The notes beneath the pieces were generated by a model. It was not told the DNA's origin. It was given only the letters and a program-made list of their open reading frames with translations, and made no database searches. DNA of 32,000 bases from Pyrinomonadaceae bacterium (GTDB taxonomy: Bacteria > Acidobacteriota > Blastocatellia > Pyrinomonadales > Pyrinomonadaceae). Made by a program: the position numbers and the translations under genes. The stretch is from NCBI GenBank assembly GCA_035273385.1, contig DATEPE010000033.1, forward strand, positions 113,887 through 145,886, in the 5' to 3' direction. Positions 16,020 through 23,896 of this stretch are shown here, one piece after another. The stretch's first letter is position 1; each line of letters begins with the position of its first letter.

Positions 16020-16961
16020 ATGACTTCCTTTCGACGCTTTTACTTCCTAATTGCCGTGGTCGCTTTGTCGGCGTTTGCCGCTGAGTACGCCGTGGCGCAA
16101 GTTCGCACCCCGCGACCGAGCCAAAAGGCCAGCGTGACCCAGACGATCGGTGTTACTGACGTGACCATTACTTATAGCCGGCCTGGCGTCAAAGGTCGTA
16201 AGATCTGGGGCGATGCGTTGCCCTCTCAGGAAGCGAAGGGGGAAGCGACCCTCGACGATCAAAATGCACGACCGAAGGACGCTCCCATCGTTCCTTGGGG
16301 TCATGCCTGGCGTACCGGCGCTAACGAGGCGACCCAGTTTGTCGTCTCGGACGACGTGCTGATCAATGGACAGAAACTTCCCGCCGGCAGCTACAGCCTC
16401 CATACAGTTCCGAACAAGGACGAATGGACCATAATTTTTAACAGCGTCGCGAACCAGTGGGGCAGCTTTAATTACGATCCCACCAAGGACACGCTGCGGG
16501 TTAAGTCGAAAGCTGAAGTGATGAGCGACAATCAGGAGTGGCTCGCCTACAGTTTTGATCCGGTTAGCGACAACTCCGCACAGGTAAACATTCGCTGGGA
16601 GAAACTGCGAGTGCCCTTCAAGGTTGAGGTGCCTGATGTGAAAGCGTTGACGCTTCAGAAGGCGCGCGCTGCCGTGGCTGCCGCCAAGCCCGACGACTGG
16701 CGCACTCCGTTTCAGGCAGCCAACTACGTCCTGACTAGTGACGACAAGACCAACGCGGCTGAGGCAATGGGATGGCTGGAGCAATCAATCAAGGTCAAGG
16801 AGACTTACCAAAATCTGGCGTCGAAGGCGCGAGTACTTGCTGCTCAAGGCAAGACCGCTGAAGCGGTTGTCGTCGGCGAGAAGGCAGTGGTGCTGGGCAA
16901 AGAAGCTAAGGCCAATACAACCAATCTCGAGAAAGACATCGCACAGTGGAAAGCGAAATAG
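16020..16961 (+). CDS. DUF2911 domain protein with C-terminal helical (TPR-like) extension
   Basis: AGAGGAG is at 16004..16010. 'VTITYSRPGVKGRKIWG', 'WRTGANEATQF', 'INGQKLPAGSYSLHTVPNKDEWTIIFN' and 'WGSFNYD' match the DUF2911 pattern. Confidence 0.8.
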   Translation: MTSFRRFYFLIAVVALSAFAAEYAVAQVRTPRPSQKASVTQTIGVTDVTITYSRPGVKGRKIWGDALPSQEAKGEATLDDQNARPKDAPIVPWGHAWRTGANEATQFVVSDDVLINGQKLPAGSYSLHTVPNKDEWTIIFNSVANQWGSFNYDPTKDTLRVKSKAEVMSDNQEWLAYSFDPVSDNSAQVNIRWEKLRVPFKVEVPDVKALTLQKARAAVAAAKPDDWRTPFQAANYVLTSDDKTNAAEAMGWLEQSIKVKETYQNLASKARVLAAQGKTAEAVVVGEKAVVLGKEAKANTTNLEKDIAQWKAK

Positions 16962-16973
16962 ACTTAGACGAGA

Positions 16974-17081
16974 TGTCAGAGGTCAGATGTCAGATGGTGG
17001 ATGCGGACCGCTGACTTTGACCACGGACTTACATCTGATCTGACTTGAAATCCGAAATCTGAAATCCGCAATCTGAAATCC
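16974..17081. repeat. heptamer micro-repeat / dyad region: (K)GTCAGA x3 ... TCTGATCTGAC ... (GAAATCY) x5
   Basis: 'tgtcaga ggtcaga tgtcaga' is at 16974..16994. The inverted units 'tctgatctgac' are at 17034..17044. 'gaaatcc gaaatct gaaatcc gcaatct gaaatcc' is at 17047..17081 and ends 3 nt before the GTG start at 17085. Confidence 0.7.
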
Positions 17082-17084
17082 AAC

Positions 17085-17678
17085 GTGGGCGTTGCCAAAC
17101 TAACTGATCAGAACACGGTTGTTCCGGACAGCCGCTACGCTCGTGTCGAGCGCGAGCGCCGGTACCTGCTAAAGGATCTGCCTGAAGGACTAACCCGGGC
17201 AGATCCACATGTTCAGATCACCGACAACTACATCACCGGAACTCGACTTCGTCTACGCAAAGTGAGAGATCCGCGCACAAACAAGTGGGTAGTAAAGTTC
17301 ACGCAAAAGTTTGCACCTAATCCTTCCGATTACAGCCGAACGATCATAACCAACACCTATCTCAACGCCCTGGAAGCCGAATCGTTGTCGATGTTTGATG
17401 CCAACGAGATTCGCAAGAATAGGTACAAGTTTCAGTACGGAGGCCGCGAGTTCGCTGTCGACATGTTCCTGGGAGATCTCTTCGGGCTGGTCCTCGCGGA
17501 GGTAAGTTTTGAAACCGACGACGAGTTGGACAACTTCGCCAAGCCGGCTTTCGCAATCGCCGACGTGACGAATCATGAGTTATTTACGGGTGGCAAACTG
17601 AGCCGGCTAACTTTCGAAGACATTCGGCGAGAAATTGTGAAAGACGGCCAACTGAACCTGGCTCGTGCAACTGGCTAG
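17085..17678 (+). CDS. CYTH domain protein (triphosphate tunnel metalloenzyme family)
   Basis: The N-terminal ExExK-type motif is 'YARVERERRYLLKDLP'. Also present are 'RLRLRKV', 'IRKNRYKF' and 'LVLAEVSFE'. GTG 17085 is the only in-frame start upstream of the motif, and no SD is visible. Confidence 0.7.
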   Translation: MGVAKLTDQNTVVPDSRYARVERERRYLLKDLPEGLTRADPHVQITDNYITGTRLRLRKVRDPRTNKWVVKFTQKFAPNPSDYSRTIITNTYLNALEAESLSMFDANEIRKNRYKFQYGGREFAVDMFLGDLFGLVLAEVSFETDDELDNFAKPAFAIADVTNHELFTGGKLSRLTFEDIRREIVKDGQLNLARATG

Positions 17679-17711
17679 GTTACCCTTCGTGCATCAAATG
17701 CCCTGCTGGAT

Positions 17712-18875
17712 ATGAAACGATCCATATATCTTTCCCTCCTCGCTCTGTTGTTGCTTTCTAGCTTTGCCGGCTGCAAGAAGTCTGTTACTCCGCCACCAAC
17801 CCCGGTTCCCGCGGCTGCGCCCAGCTATGAGCAGGCGCAGGGCGGCACCACGGCCGCAGGGGAAACCAGGTATTTCAGAGGTTCTATCGGAAGCACGCTT
17901 GGTCTGCAGATGAAACTGCTGCGTGAAGGAGAAAAACTAAACGGAAACTATTTTTATCAAAAAGTGGGAACGAAGATCGATCTGCGCGGGACGATCGATA
18001 ACGATGGCAACGTCAATCTCGAGGAATTTGACAGCAGCGGAAAACAGACCGGGGTGTTCAAGGGTACATGGACCACCGACGAAACCGGTTTGATTCAACT
18101 TGCCGGTAACTGGTCCAAGCCGGGCAGTGACAAACAGACGGCCTTCTCGCTGCAGGAGGAGCCGATCGCTTTCTCCACCGCAGTTGAGATTGTTGCCAAG
18201 CGCATCAAAGAAGATAACAAGAAGTTAAGGTATGAAATCGATGCGGAGTATCCGCAGTTGACCGGTTCAACAAACCCAAACTTTGAAAAGTTTAACCAAA
18301 ACGCGCGGGCGCTGGTAATGAAGAAAGTCAGCGACTTTCGGAAGGAAATGGCGCCGGAAGAGCCAGCCGAGCCGTCGGGTGAAGCAGTTGCCGAACCGAC
18401 ACCCGAAACGATGGGGAGCGATTTGGGGGTTGGCTACACAGTGTCCCTGGCGAATGATGATCTGATCAGTATTGAGTTCTCCGTGGGAAGTTATTACAGC
18501 GGCGCTGCGCACCCTAACTCGTATACGGAAGTCCTGAACTTCGATTTGAAGAATGGCAAAGTGATCCGGCTGAGCGAGTTGTTCAATCCCGGAGCCAGGT
18601 ATTTGCAAGCCATATCCAACTACTCGATTGGAGATCTGAAGAAACAGTCGAAGGATAAACAAGGGATGCTCGACGACGATTGGATCCAACGTGGCGCAGG
18701 CCCCAATGCCGAGAACTACAAGAGTTGGACCATCAGCCGGAAGGGACTAGCGATCAATTTTGATGCGTATCAGGTCGGCCCTTACGCCGCCGGCCCCCAA
18801 CAGGTTTTCATCCCCTACACGGCCCTGAAAGATCTGATAAAGGCGGATGGCCCTCTGCAGCCTTTTCTGGGGTAG
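17712..18875 (+). CDS. lipoprotein with DUF4163/DUF3298 (RsiV/PdaC-like) domains
   Basis: The lipobox is 'LLSSFAG|C'. 'YYSGAAHPNSYTEVLNFDLKNGKVIRLSELF' and 'AINFDAYQVGPYAAGPQQVFIPYTALKDLI' match DUF3298-type sequences. Confidence 0.7.
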   Translation: MKRSIYLSLLALLLLSSFAGCKKSVTPPPTPVPAAAPSYEQAQGGTTAAGETRYFRGSIGSTLGLQMKLLREGEKLNGNYFYQKVGTKIDLRGTIDNDGNVNLEEFDSSGKQTGVFKGTWTTDETGLIQLAGNWSKPGSDKQTAFSLQEEPIAFSTAVEIVAKRIKEDNKKLRYEIDAEYPQLTGSTNPNFEKFNQNARALVMKKVSDFRKEMAPEEPAEPSGEAVAEPTPETMGSDLGVGYTVSLANDDLISIEFSVGSYYSGAAHPNSYTEVLNFDLKNGKVIRLSELFNPGARYLQAISNYSIGDLKKQSKDKQGMLDDDWIQRGAGPNAENYKSWTISRKGLAINFDAYQVGPYAAGPQQVFIPYTALKDLIKADGPLQPFLG

Positions 18876-18930
18876 CCCAGTGGTGCTCGGAATCGTGCCT
18901 TGAACTCCTCAAAGAAGGACGCGCCGAACG

Positions 18931-19149
18931 ATGAATAAGTTGTTAGGTTTCTGGATTGTCGCGGGAGGCATCTGCCTGATCGTCATCGGACTGCTGGTCT
19001 ATTCCGGTGGACTCAATTGGTTTGGGAGGCTGCCCGGGGACATTCGTTATGAGGGCGAGCGCACGGGTGTTTACATTCCCATTGTTTCGATGTTGCTTGT
19101 TTCGCTGGCACTAAGTCTGATTTTCTATCTGGTACGAAAGTTTTTCTAA
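18931..19149 (+). CDS. DUF2905 family small membrane protein
   Basis: The protein is 72 aa. 'GRLPGDIRYEGERTGVYIPIVSMLLVSLALSLIFYL' matches the DUF2905 pattern. AAGAAGGA lies upstream of the start. Confidence 0.8.
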   Translation: MNKLLGFWIVAGGICLIVIGLLVYSGGLNWFGRLPGDIRYEGERTGVYIPIVSMLLVSLALSLIFYLVRKFF

Positions 19150-19298
19150 TGTAACGCAAACCGTTAGTTTGCTGACCGTGAGGCGCATTCGACGTGAAAT
19201 GTGAGAGCGTTTGGGGGCAACGCGTCTTAGGTTACTAAAATCATCGTGGTTACATTAAGATAGGCCGATTCAAAAAAGTTAATCAGGAGTGGGTCCAC

Positions 19299-19733
19299 AT
19301 GTTTCGAAAAATAATCATGACGTGGCCGGTGTGGTTTACTTTGCCGATCAGGTTGGCGCTGGGCGGCATCATGTTTGCCCACGGAGCGCAAAAGGTCCTG
19401 GGCAGTTTTGGTGGTCCAGGGTTAAATGCACTGATGAACCAGCCCGCCGCTCCGTTCAGCTTCATGCGTCCGCCAGGGTTATGGTGGGCCATTGCTGCGC
19501 TATCAGAATTTCTCGGCGGCATCATAATCGTGTTGGGTTTGTTCACTCGCGTCGGAGCGTTTTTAATACTCTGCACCATGATCACCGCGGTGTTTGGCGT
19601 GCACTGGCCGCTCTTCTTCGCGCCCAAAGGCATCGAGTATCCGATGGCACTCGGCGCAATGTCGATTGCACTCTTGATCTCAGGAGGCGGCATGGCTTCG
19701 GTCGATCTGGCGTTAACCGGCCGGCGCCGATAG
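19299..19733 (+). CDS. DoxX family membrane protein
   Basis: AGGAG lies about 10 nt upstream of the start. 'LPIRLALGGIMFAHGAQKVLGSFGG' is followed by four TM helices, which is typical of DoxX. Confidence 0.8.
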   Translation: MFRKIIMTWPVWFTLPIRLALGGIMFAHGAQKVLGSFGGPGLNALMNQPAAPFSFMRPPGLWWAIAALSEFLGGIIIVLGLFTRVGAFLILCTMITAVFGVHWPLFFAPKGIEYPMALGAMSIALLISGGGMASVDLALTGRRR

Positions 19734-19792
19734 GAAGCATTGTTGTTGCTGAGATGAAGATTCCCACCTTTCAGCTCCCGAACGTCTAGTCC

Positions 19793-21043
19793 ATGAAACG
19801 TTCGCCTCTCGTTGTTATCTTCACCACTGTATTTATCGACCTGGTGGGCTTTGGCATCGTGATGCCTGTGTTGCCGTTCTACGCCGAGAGTTCGGAGTTC
19901 CACGCGTCACCTCGCATGATAGGGCTCCTCATCGCGTCCTATTCAGTCATGCAACTGATTTTTTCGCCCGTGCTCGGACGCCTTTCCGATAAGCATGGCC
20001 GTCGTCCGGTGTTGCTTTATTCAATCATCGGTACAGGCATCGGTTTTCTGGTTCTCGGCTTTGCCAACACTCTGTGGATGCTTTTTCTGGGCCGTATTTT
20101 GGATGGCATCTCCGGTGGGAATATCTCGACTGCGCAAGCCTACATCGCCGATATCACAACTAAAGAAGACCGCGCAAAAGGAATGGGCCTGCTCGGCGCT
20201 GCCTTTGGGCTCGGGTTTATTTTTGGACCGGCGATCGGCGGCATCCTCAGCCGCTGGGGAGTCCATGTGCCTTTTCTTTTTGCCGCCGCGCTGGCCTTCG
20301 CGAACGCCATACTTTTGTATTTCACTCTGCCTGAAACCGTAACCTCGGAGCATCCGGCGCGAGTTTCAGCGGCGGGTGGACGCGGATTCGGGCCGCTCAT
20401 TGAAGCGCTAAAGGAACCTCGACTCGCCTTCGTAATCACCATCTACTTTTTGTTTATTGTGGCGTTTTCCATCATGACCACGGCCTTCGCGTTGTACACC
20501 ATGTTCCGCTTTGGGTACGACGCTCATCACAATGGGTACCTATTTGCCTACGTGGGATTGATTGCAGTTGTCATTCAAGGTGGGTTAATTGGCCGGTTGG
20601 TAAAACGCTTCGGTGAAATGCCGTTAGTCATAGTCGGGGCTTTCTCGTTTGCGGCCAGTCTGTTTGCCGTTCCCTTTGTTGGTCCGTCGTTTGGAGGTTT
20701 GCCCGCGTTGCTGGTGGGAGGTGGAATATTCTCGCTGGGCAACTCACTCTCCGGGCCGGCCCTGACTAGTCTGGCTTCGAAATTAGCGCCGCCTGATCGA
20801 CAGGGGACGGTGCTCGGCGTTACGCAGTCAGCGGGGAGCCTCGGGCGCGCAATTGGGCCAGCGCTTACCGCCATTCTGATCCACAGCAGCACGGCTTACG
20901 CTGGTGCTGATGGAATACCTCACTTCATGAGTGATCGGTCGTTGTTTATGACTTTCTGGGCCGCCTCGGCAATTATGTTTGTGACGTTTTTGACTGCGGT
21001 CTATTTTGCGAAAGCTTACCGACTAGAGTCACGGGACCGATAA
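19793..21043 (+). CDS. MFS transporter (DHA1/TetA-like)
   Basis: The protein has about 12 TM helices. Motif A is 'GRLSDKHGRRPVLL', and 'LGRILDGISGGN' is also present. Confidence 0.85.
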   Translation: MKRSPLVVIFTTVFIDLVGFGIVMPVLPFYAESSEFHASPRMIGLLIASYSVMQLIFSPVLGRLSDKHGRRPVLLYSIIGTGIGFLVLGFANTLWMLFLGRILDGISGGNISTAQAYIADITTKEDRAKGMGLLGAAFGLGFIFGPAIGGILSRWGVHVPFLFAAALAFANAILLYFTLPETVTSEHPARVSAAGGRGFGPLIEALKEPRLAFVITIYFLFIVAFSIMTTAFALYTMFRFGYDAHHNGYLFAYVGLIAVVIQGGLIGRLVKRFGEMPLVIVGAFSFAASLFAVPFVGPSFGGLPALLVGGGIFSLGNSLSGPALTSLASKLAPPDRQGTVLGVTQSAGSLGRAIGPALTAILIHSSTAYAGADGIPHFMSDRSLFMTFWAASAIMFVTFLTAVYFAKAYRLESRDR

Positions 21044-21092
21044 AAAGCGGATCCCTTAAATCGCCCAATCTTTCTCGCAATGTATGGAGAGT

Positions 21093-21114
21093 GACTCCTT
21101 GATAACAAGGAGTC
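21093..21114 (+). terminator. perfect 9-bp stem / 4-nt loop hairpin 50 nt after the MFS stop (weak U-tract)
   Basis: The hairpin is 'gactccttg-ataa-caaggagtc', followed only by 'tt'. Confidence 0.35.
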
Positions 21115-21168
21115 TTGATCACAGGTTGACGCTTCCTTCAGAGCACAGACGTCAAGACTTCGTATCAA

Positions 21169-21235
21169 GCCCTCCCCTAACCCCTCCCAAAGGGAGGGGA
21201 ATTTCCCCTCTCCCTTTGGGAGAGGGTTTAAGCCC
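21169..21235 (+). repeat. GC-rich hairpin repeats, type 1 + type 2 in tandem, between convergent genes
   Basis: The type 1 unit 'gccctcccctaa-cccctccc-aaa-gggagggg' is at 21169..21199. The type 2 unit 'cccctctccc-ttt-gggagaggg-tttaagccc' is at 21205..21235. A T7 run follows at 21244..21250. The units may act as a bidirectional terminator for the MFS gene and trxC. Confidence 0.75.
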
Positions 21236-21315
21236 GACAAGATTTTTTTGACTTGGAGGAGGCGTCAACTAACGTTCGATCATCCGAGTTTTTCCAGTGC
21301 TTGTACATTGAGGGA

Positions 21316-21771
21316 TTAGAGCGCTTTCGTTAGTCGTTCCGCTATTGCTTTTTTGGGGAGCGCGCCCACGAGGCGGTCGATCAGTTTCCCATCTTTGAAG
21401 ATTAGCATCGTCGGAATGCTTTGAATCTGGAATTGTGAGGCAGTCCGCGGATTGTCGTCGACGTTCAATTTGCCGATACGGTAACGGCCGTTTGATTCGG
21501 CCGCCAACTGTTCCATGATTGGCCCAATCATCCGGCACGGTCCGCACCATGGCGCCCAGCAATCCAACAGCACAACGCCCGGTGTTTTAAGTACCTGCGA
21601 CTCAAACGTTGCGTCGGTAACCGTTACGGGTTTGCCGGAAGCTTCTGGATGCCCATTCGACGAGACCTGGAGTGGTTGACCACACTTGCCACACTTCGGA
21701 GTCGACGTACGCGCCTTGTCCGGATCAACGCGATTGCGAGTCCCACAGTTTTTACAGGTGACTACTTCCAT
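21316..21771 (-). CDS. trxC: thioredoxin 2 (N-terminal zinc-finger thioredoxin)
   Basis: The N-terminus has 'CKNCGTRNRV...KCGKCGQPL', which is two CxxC pairs. The active site is 'WAPWCGPCR'. Confidence 0.9.
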   Translation of the reverse strand: MEVVTCKNCGTRNRVDPDKARTSTPKCGKCGQPLQVSSNGHPEASGKPVTVTDATFESQVLKTPGVVLLDCWAPWCGPCRMIGPIMEQLAAESNGRYRIGKLNVDDNPRTASQFQIQSIPTMLIFKDGKLIDRLVGALPKKAIAERLTKAL

Positions 21772-21912
21772 GCCAAAAATCCTTTATATCCGAGCTTATA
21801 AATCATAGTAGTCGCAAAATAATGGCGAATCGTTCCCATTAACCGGGCTAAGTTGCTGCTACCCGTTCTGCTTGTGACCACGTACAATTGACCCCCGGAT
21901 TTTCGGTGACTA

Positions 21913-22689
21913 ATGGATACCTTTCAACTCATAAAGTTTCGCATCGATGATCGGGTAGCGCACATAACTTTTAGACGCCCACCCGTTAACATTCTGAACA
22001 TTGCGATGATGCGCGAAATCAACGACGCGCTCAGTCGGTGCTCACGCGAACGCGAGCTGGTGGCAATTGTGTTCGATGCTGCATCCGACTGTCGTGCCTT
22101 TAGCGCCGGCGTCGCTGTTGAGGAGCATGCTGAGGAAACAATTTTTCAGATGCTCGATTCGTTCCATGCAATCTTTCGAGCTCTTGAACAGATAGCCAGG
22201 CCCACGATCGCGGTCGTTGACGGTGCGGCACTCGGTGGCGGCTGCGAGCTGGTAATGGCTTGTGATATCGCGATTGCCTCGGATCGTTCGCGATTCGGGC
22301 AACCAGAGATCAAACTAGGTGTGTTTCCTCCGGTGGCGGCAGTTCTGTTACCTCAGTTGGTTGGCGATAAACGCGCGCGCGAAATGATCCTGACTGGAGA
22401 ACTGTTCGAAGCGCCTCAGGCGGAACGCATGGGATTAATTAACTATGTTGTTCCGGCACACCAACTCCAGCCGAAAACCGAAGAGGTTCTGGCTAAACTG
22501 CGGAACCTGTCTGCCATAGCATTGGAACATTCGAAGAAAGCCATTGACGCCGGACGTGGCCGTTCAATTGATGCCGCCCTCAGGGAAGTTGAAGACATGT
22601 ATCTCCACGAATTAATGAAGACGCGCGATGCAACCGAAGGCATTAATGCTTTCATCGAGAAACGTAAGCCGGCCTGGCAAAACCGTTAG
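21913..22689 (+). CDS. enoyl-CoA hydratase/isomerase (crotonase) family protein
   Basis: 'FSAGVAVEE' and 'DGAALGGGCELVMACDIAIASDRSRFGQPEIKLGVFP' contain the oxyanion-hole and catalytic-Glu regions of crotonases. Confidence 0.85.
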   Translation: MDTFQLIKFRIDDRVAHITFRRPPVNILNIAMMREINDALSRCSRERELVAIVFDAASDCRAFSAGVAVEEHAEETIFQMLDSFHAIFRALEQIARPTIAVVDGAALGGGCELVMACDIAIASDRSRFGQPEIKLGVFPPVAAVLLPQLVGDKRAREMILTGELFEAPQAERMGLINYVVPAHQLQPKTEEVLAKLRNLSAIALEHSKKAIDAGRGRSIDAALREVEDMYLHELMKTRDATEGINAFIEKRKPAWQNR

Positions 22690-22735
22690 TCGGACAAGTT
22701 GCCTCTATGAACATCAGCTTTTTCTTTTTGAATGG

Positions 22736-22777
22736 TTCTCCCTGTACCCTTGGGAGAGGGTTTGTACGAGTAAGCCC
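22736..22777 (+). repeat. GC-rich hairpin repeat, type 2-like
   Basis: 'ttctccctgtacccttgggagagggtttgtacgagtaagccc' can be compared with 21205..21235. Confidence 0.6.
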
Positions 22778-22879
22778 AAAAGATGATCCGGGGGGTAGCG
22801 TCAAGTGGGGATGTCGGCACAACGTGAATCGCTCGTTGGCGCATTCCACCAGGGAGCTTAGGGCTCCTGACGTTCCTCA

Positions 22880-22915
22880 GGCCCTCCCCTTGTTCCCCTC
22901 CCAAAGGGACGGGAG
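22880..22915 (+). repeat. GC-rich hairpin repeat, type 1
   Basis: The sequence is 'ggccctccccttgttcccctcccaaagggacgggag'. Confidence 0.7.
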
Positions 22916-22931
22916 ATACAACGACAAGAAA

Positions 22932-23828
22932 ATGTATTCGTCCAAACCGATCGGCGCGATTGCTGCCAGTTTGTTGCTGGCACTCGCGATTCAGGTGGCG
23001 TTTGCGGATTCTACCTTCGCGCAACGCAGGTCACCGCGCAAAGCCCAAACCAGTCACTCAAGCAATGTTCTATCGCCTGAGGCTCGAGAAACCGTGGAAC
23101 TGGCGAGCGGCGTTATTTGTAAGGAAAGAGCCGTGGATCCGAAAGGCAGCGTTCCCATCGACGACATGCAGGCGCGCCCTTCATTGCCGATCGACCATCC
23201 CGACGCAGTGTCCGGCGCGAAACGCGCCCAACGATTGTTGCCTGTGACCAAAGATCTCGTGACGACAACGCTTCGGCAGTTGGTACGCGATTACAACCTT
23301 GCCGGCGCACGTCGTGACGCTGCGCGGCTGAACCGGGCCCTCGCGCGCGTAGCTGCAGTCAGGTTCGTTAAACCGGATCTGGAGTCTCGTGATAACGCTT
23401 CGGTGCTGTTACACAACCCGCGGACTATTATCTTTGGGACAATTTTTTTGGCGGGGCTGCCATCCGACGAGGGAATCATCAGTGTACTGTCGCACGAACT
23501 GGTCCATATCGCCGATGGTGAAGACGACAGTTTGTCGTTGTTTTTCGAACGAGTTGGCAACCGTGCTTCTTCCCTGACCGGGATGAAGATTCACGATCAG
23601 CGGGCGGAGGAACTGGCGAGCGATCTAGTCGGGGTCCTGGCCGCCCGCGCCTATGTGACCAAAGCCCCAAACTACGAACCGCTGCCCAGAAGGATTTCGC
23701 GTTCGCTGGCGCACAATTGCGTGGACCAGGACGAAGGGGACGAAGACCATCTCTCGCCGCGCAGCACTATTCGCGCTTTGCTTTCATTGAATCCAACACT
23801 CGCGCGCGAATTGGTATATGGCCGTTAA
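22932..23828 (+). CDS. secreted hypothetical protein with HExxH motif (putative zinc metallopeptidase)
   Basis: The track ORF starts at 22707, but its first 75 codons translate the GC-rich repeats. ATG 22932 gives the signal peptide MYSSKPIGAIAASLLLALAIQVAFA. The only catalytic-looking motif is 'VLSHELVHIADGEDD'. Confidence 0.55.
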   Translation: MYSSKPIGAIAASLLLALAIQVAFADSTFAQRRSPRKAQTSHSSNVLSPEARETVELASGVICKERAVDPKGSVPIDDMQARPSLPIDHPDAVSGAKRAQRLLPVTKDLVTTTLRQLVRDYNLAGARRDAARLNRALARVAAVRFVKPDLESRDNASVLLHNPRTIIFGTIFLAGLPSDEGIISVLSHELVHIADGEDDSLSLFFERVGNRASSLTGMKIHDQRAEELASDLVGVLAARAYVTKAPNYEPLPRRISRSLAHNCVDQDEGDEDHLSPRSTIRALLSLNPTLARELVYGR

Positions 23829-23896
23829 CGTTTGTGGAGGTATGAGTTGCCACCACTCAGAAACGCTGAAGATCTGCTAACCAGGACAAAACTGAA

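Noticed and set aside
16047-16784. A 245-aa ORF lies antisense to the DUF2911 gene. Similar long shadow ORFs occur at 19283..19903, 19289..19789, 221..493, 4213..4605, 6023..6478 and 28582..28914.
   Set aside because: Each fully overlaps a gene with clear family motifs on the other strand. Their translations are Arg/Ser/Gly/Pro-rich low-complexity sequence, which is typical of off-frame reading of GC-biased genes. None has an SD or recognisable motifs.
21016-21240. A 74-aa ORF (-) encodes 'MSGLNPLPKGEGKFPSLWEGLGEG...'.
   Set aside because: It is the translation of the GC-rich hairpin repeats at 21169..21235 in the convergent intergenic region. The same peptide-like strings appear wherever the repeat occurs.
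22707-22931. N-terminal 75-codon extension of the HExxH protein ORF.
   Set aside because: The extension is composed of the two GC-rich repeat units. A good signal peptide begins at the internal ATG 22932.
23842-23880. A 12-codon mini-ORF (MSCHHSETLKIC) preceded by GGAGG lies in the gap before the TolB-like gene.
   Set aside because: The SD-like sequence ends only 1 nt before the ATG, which is too close. There is no supporting conservation evidence, and a random ORF of this size is expected by chance.
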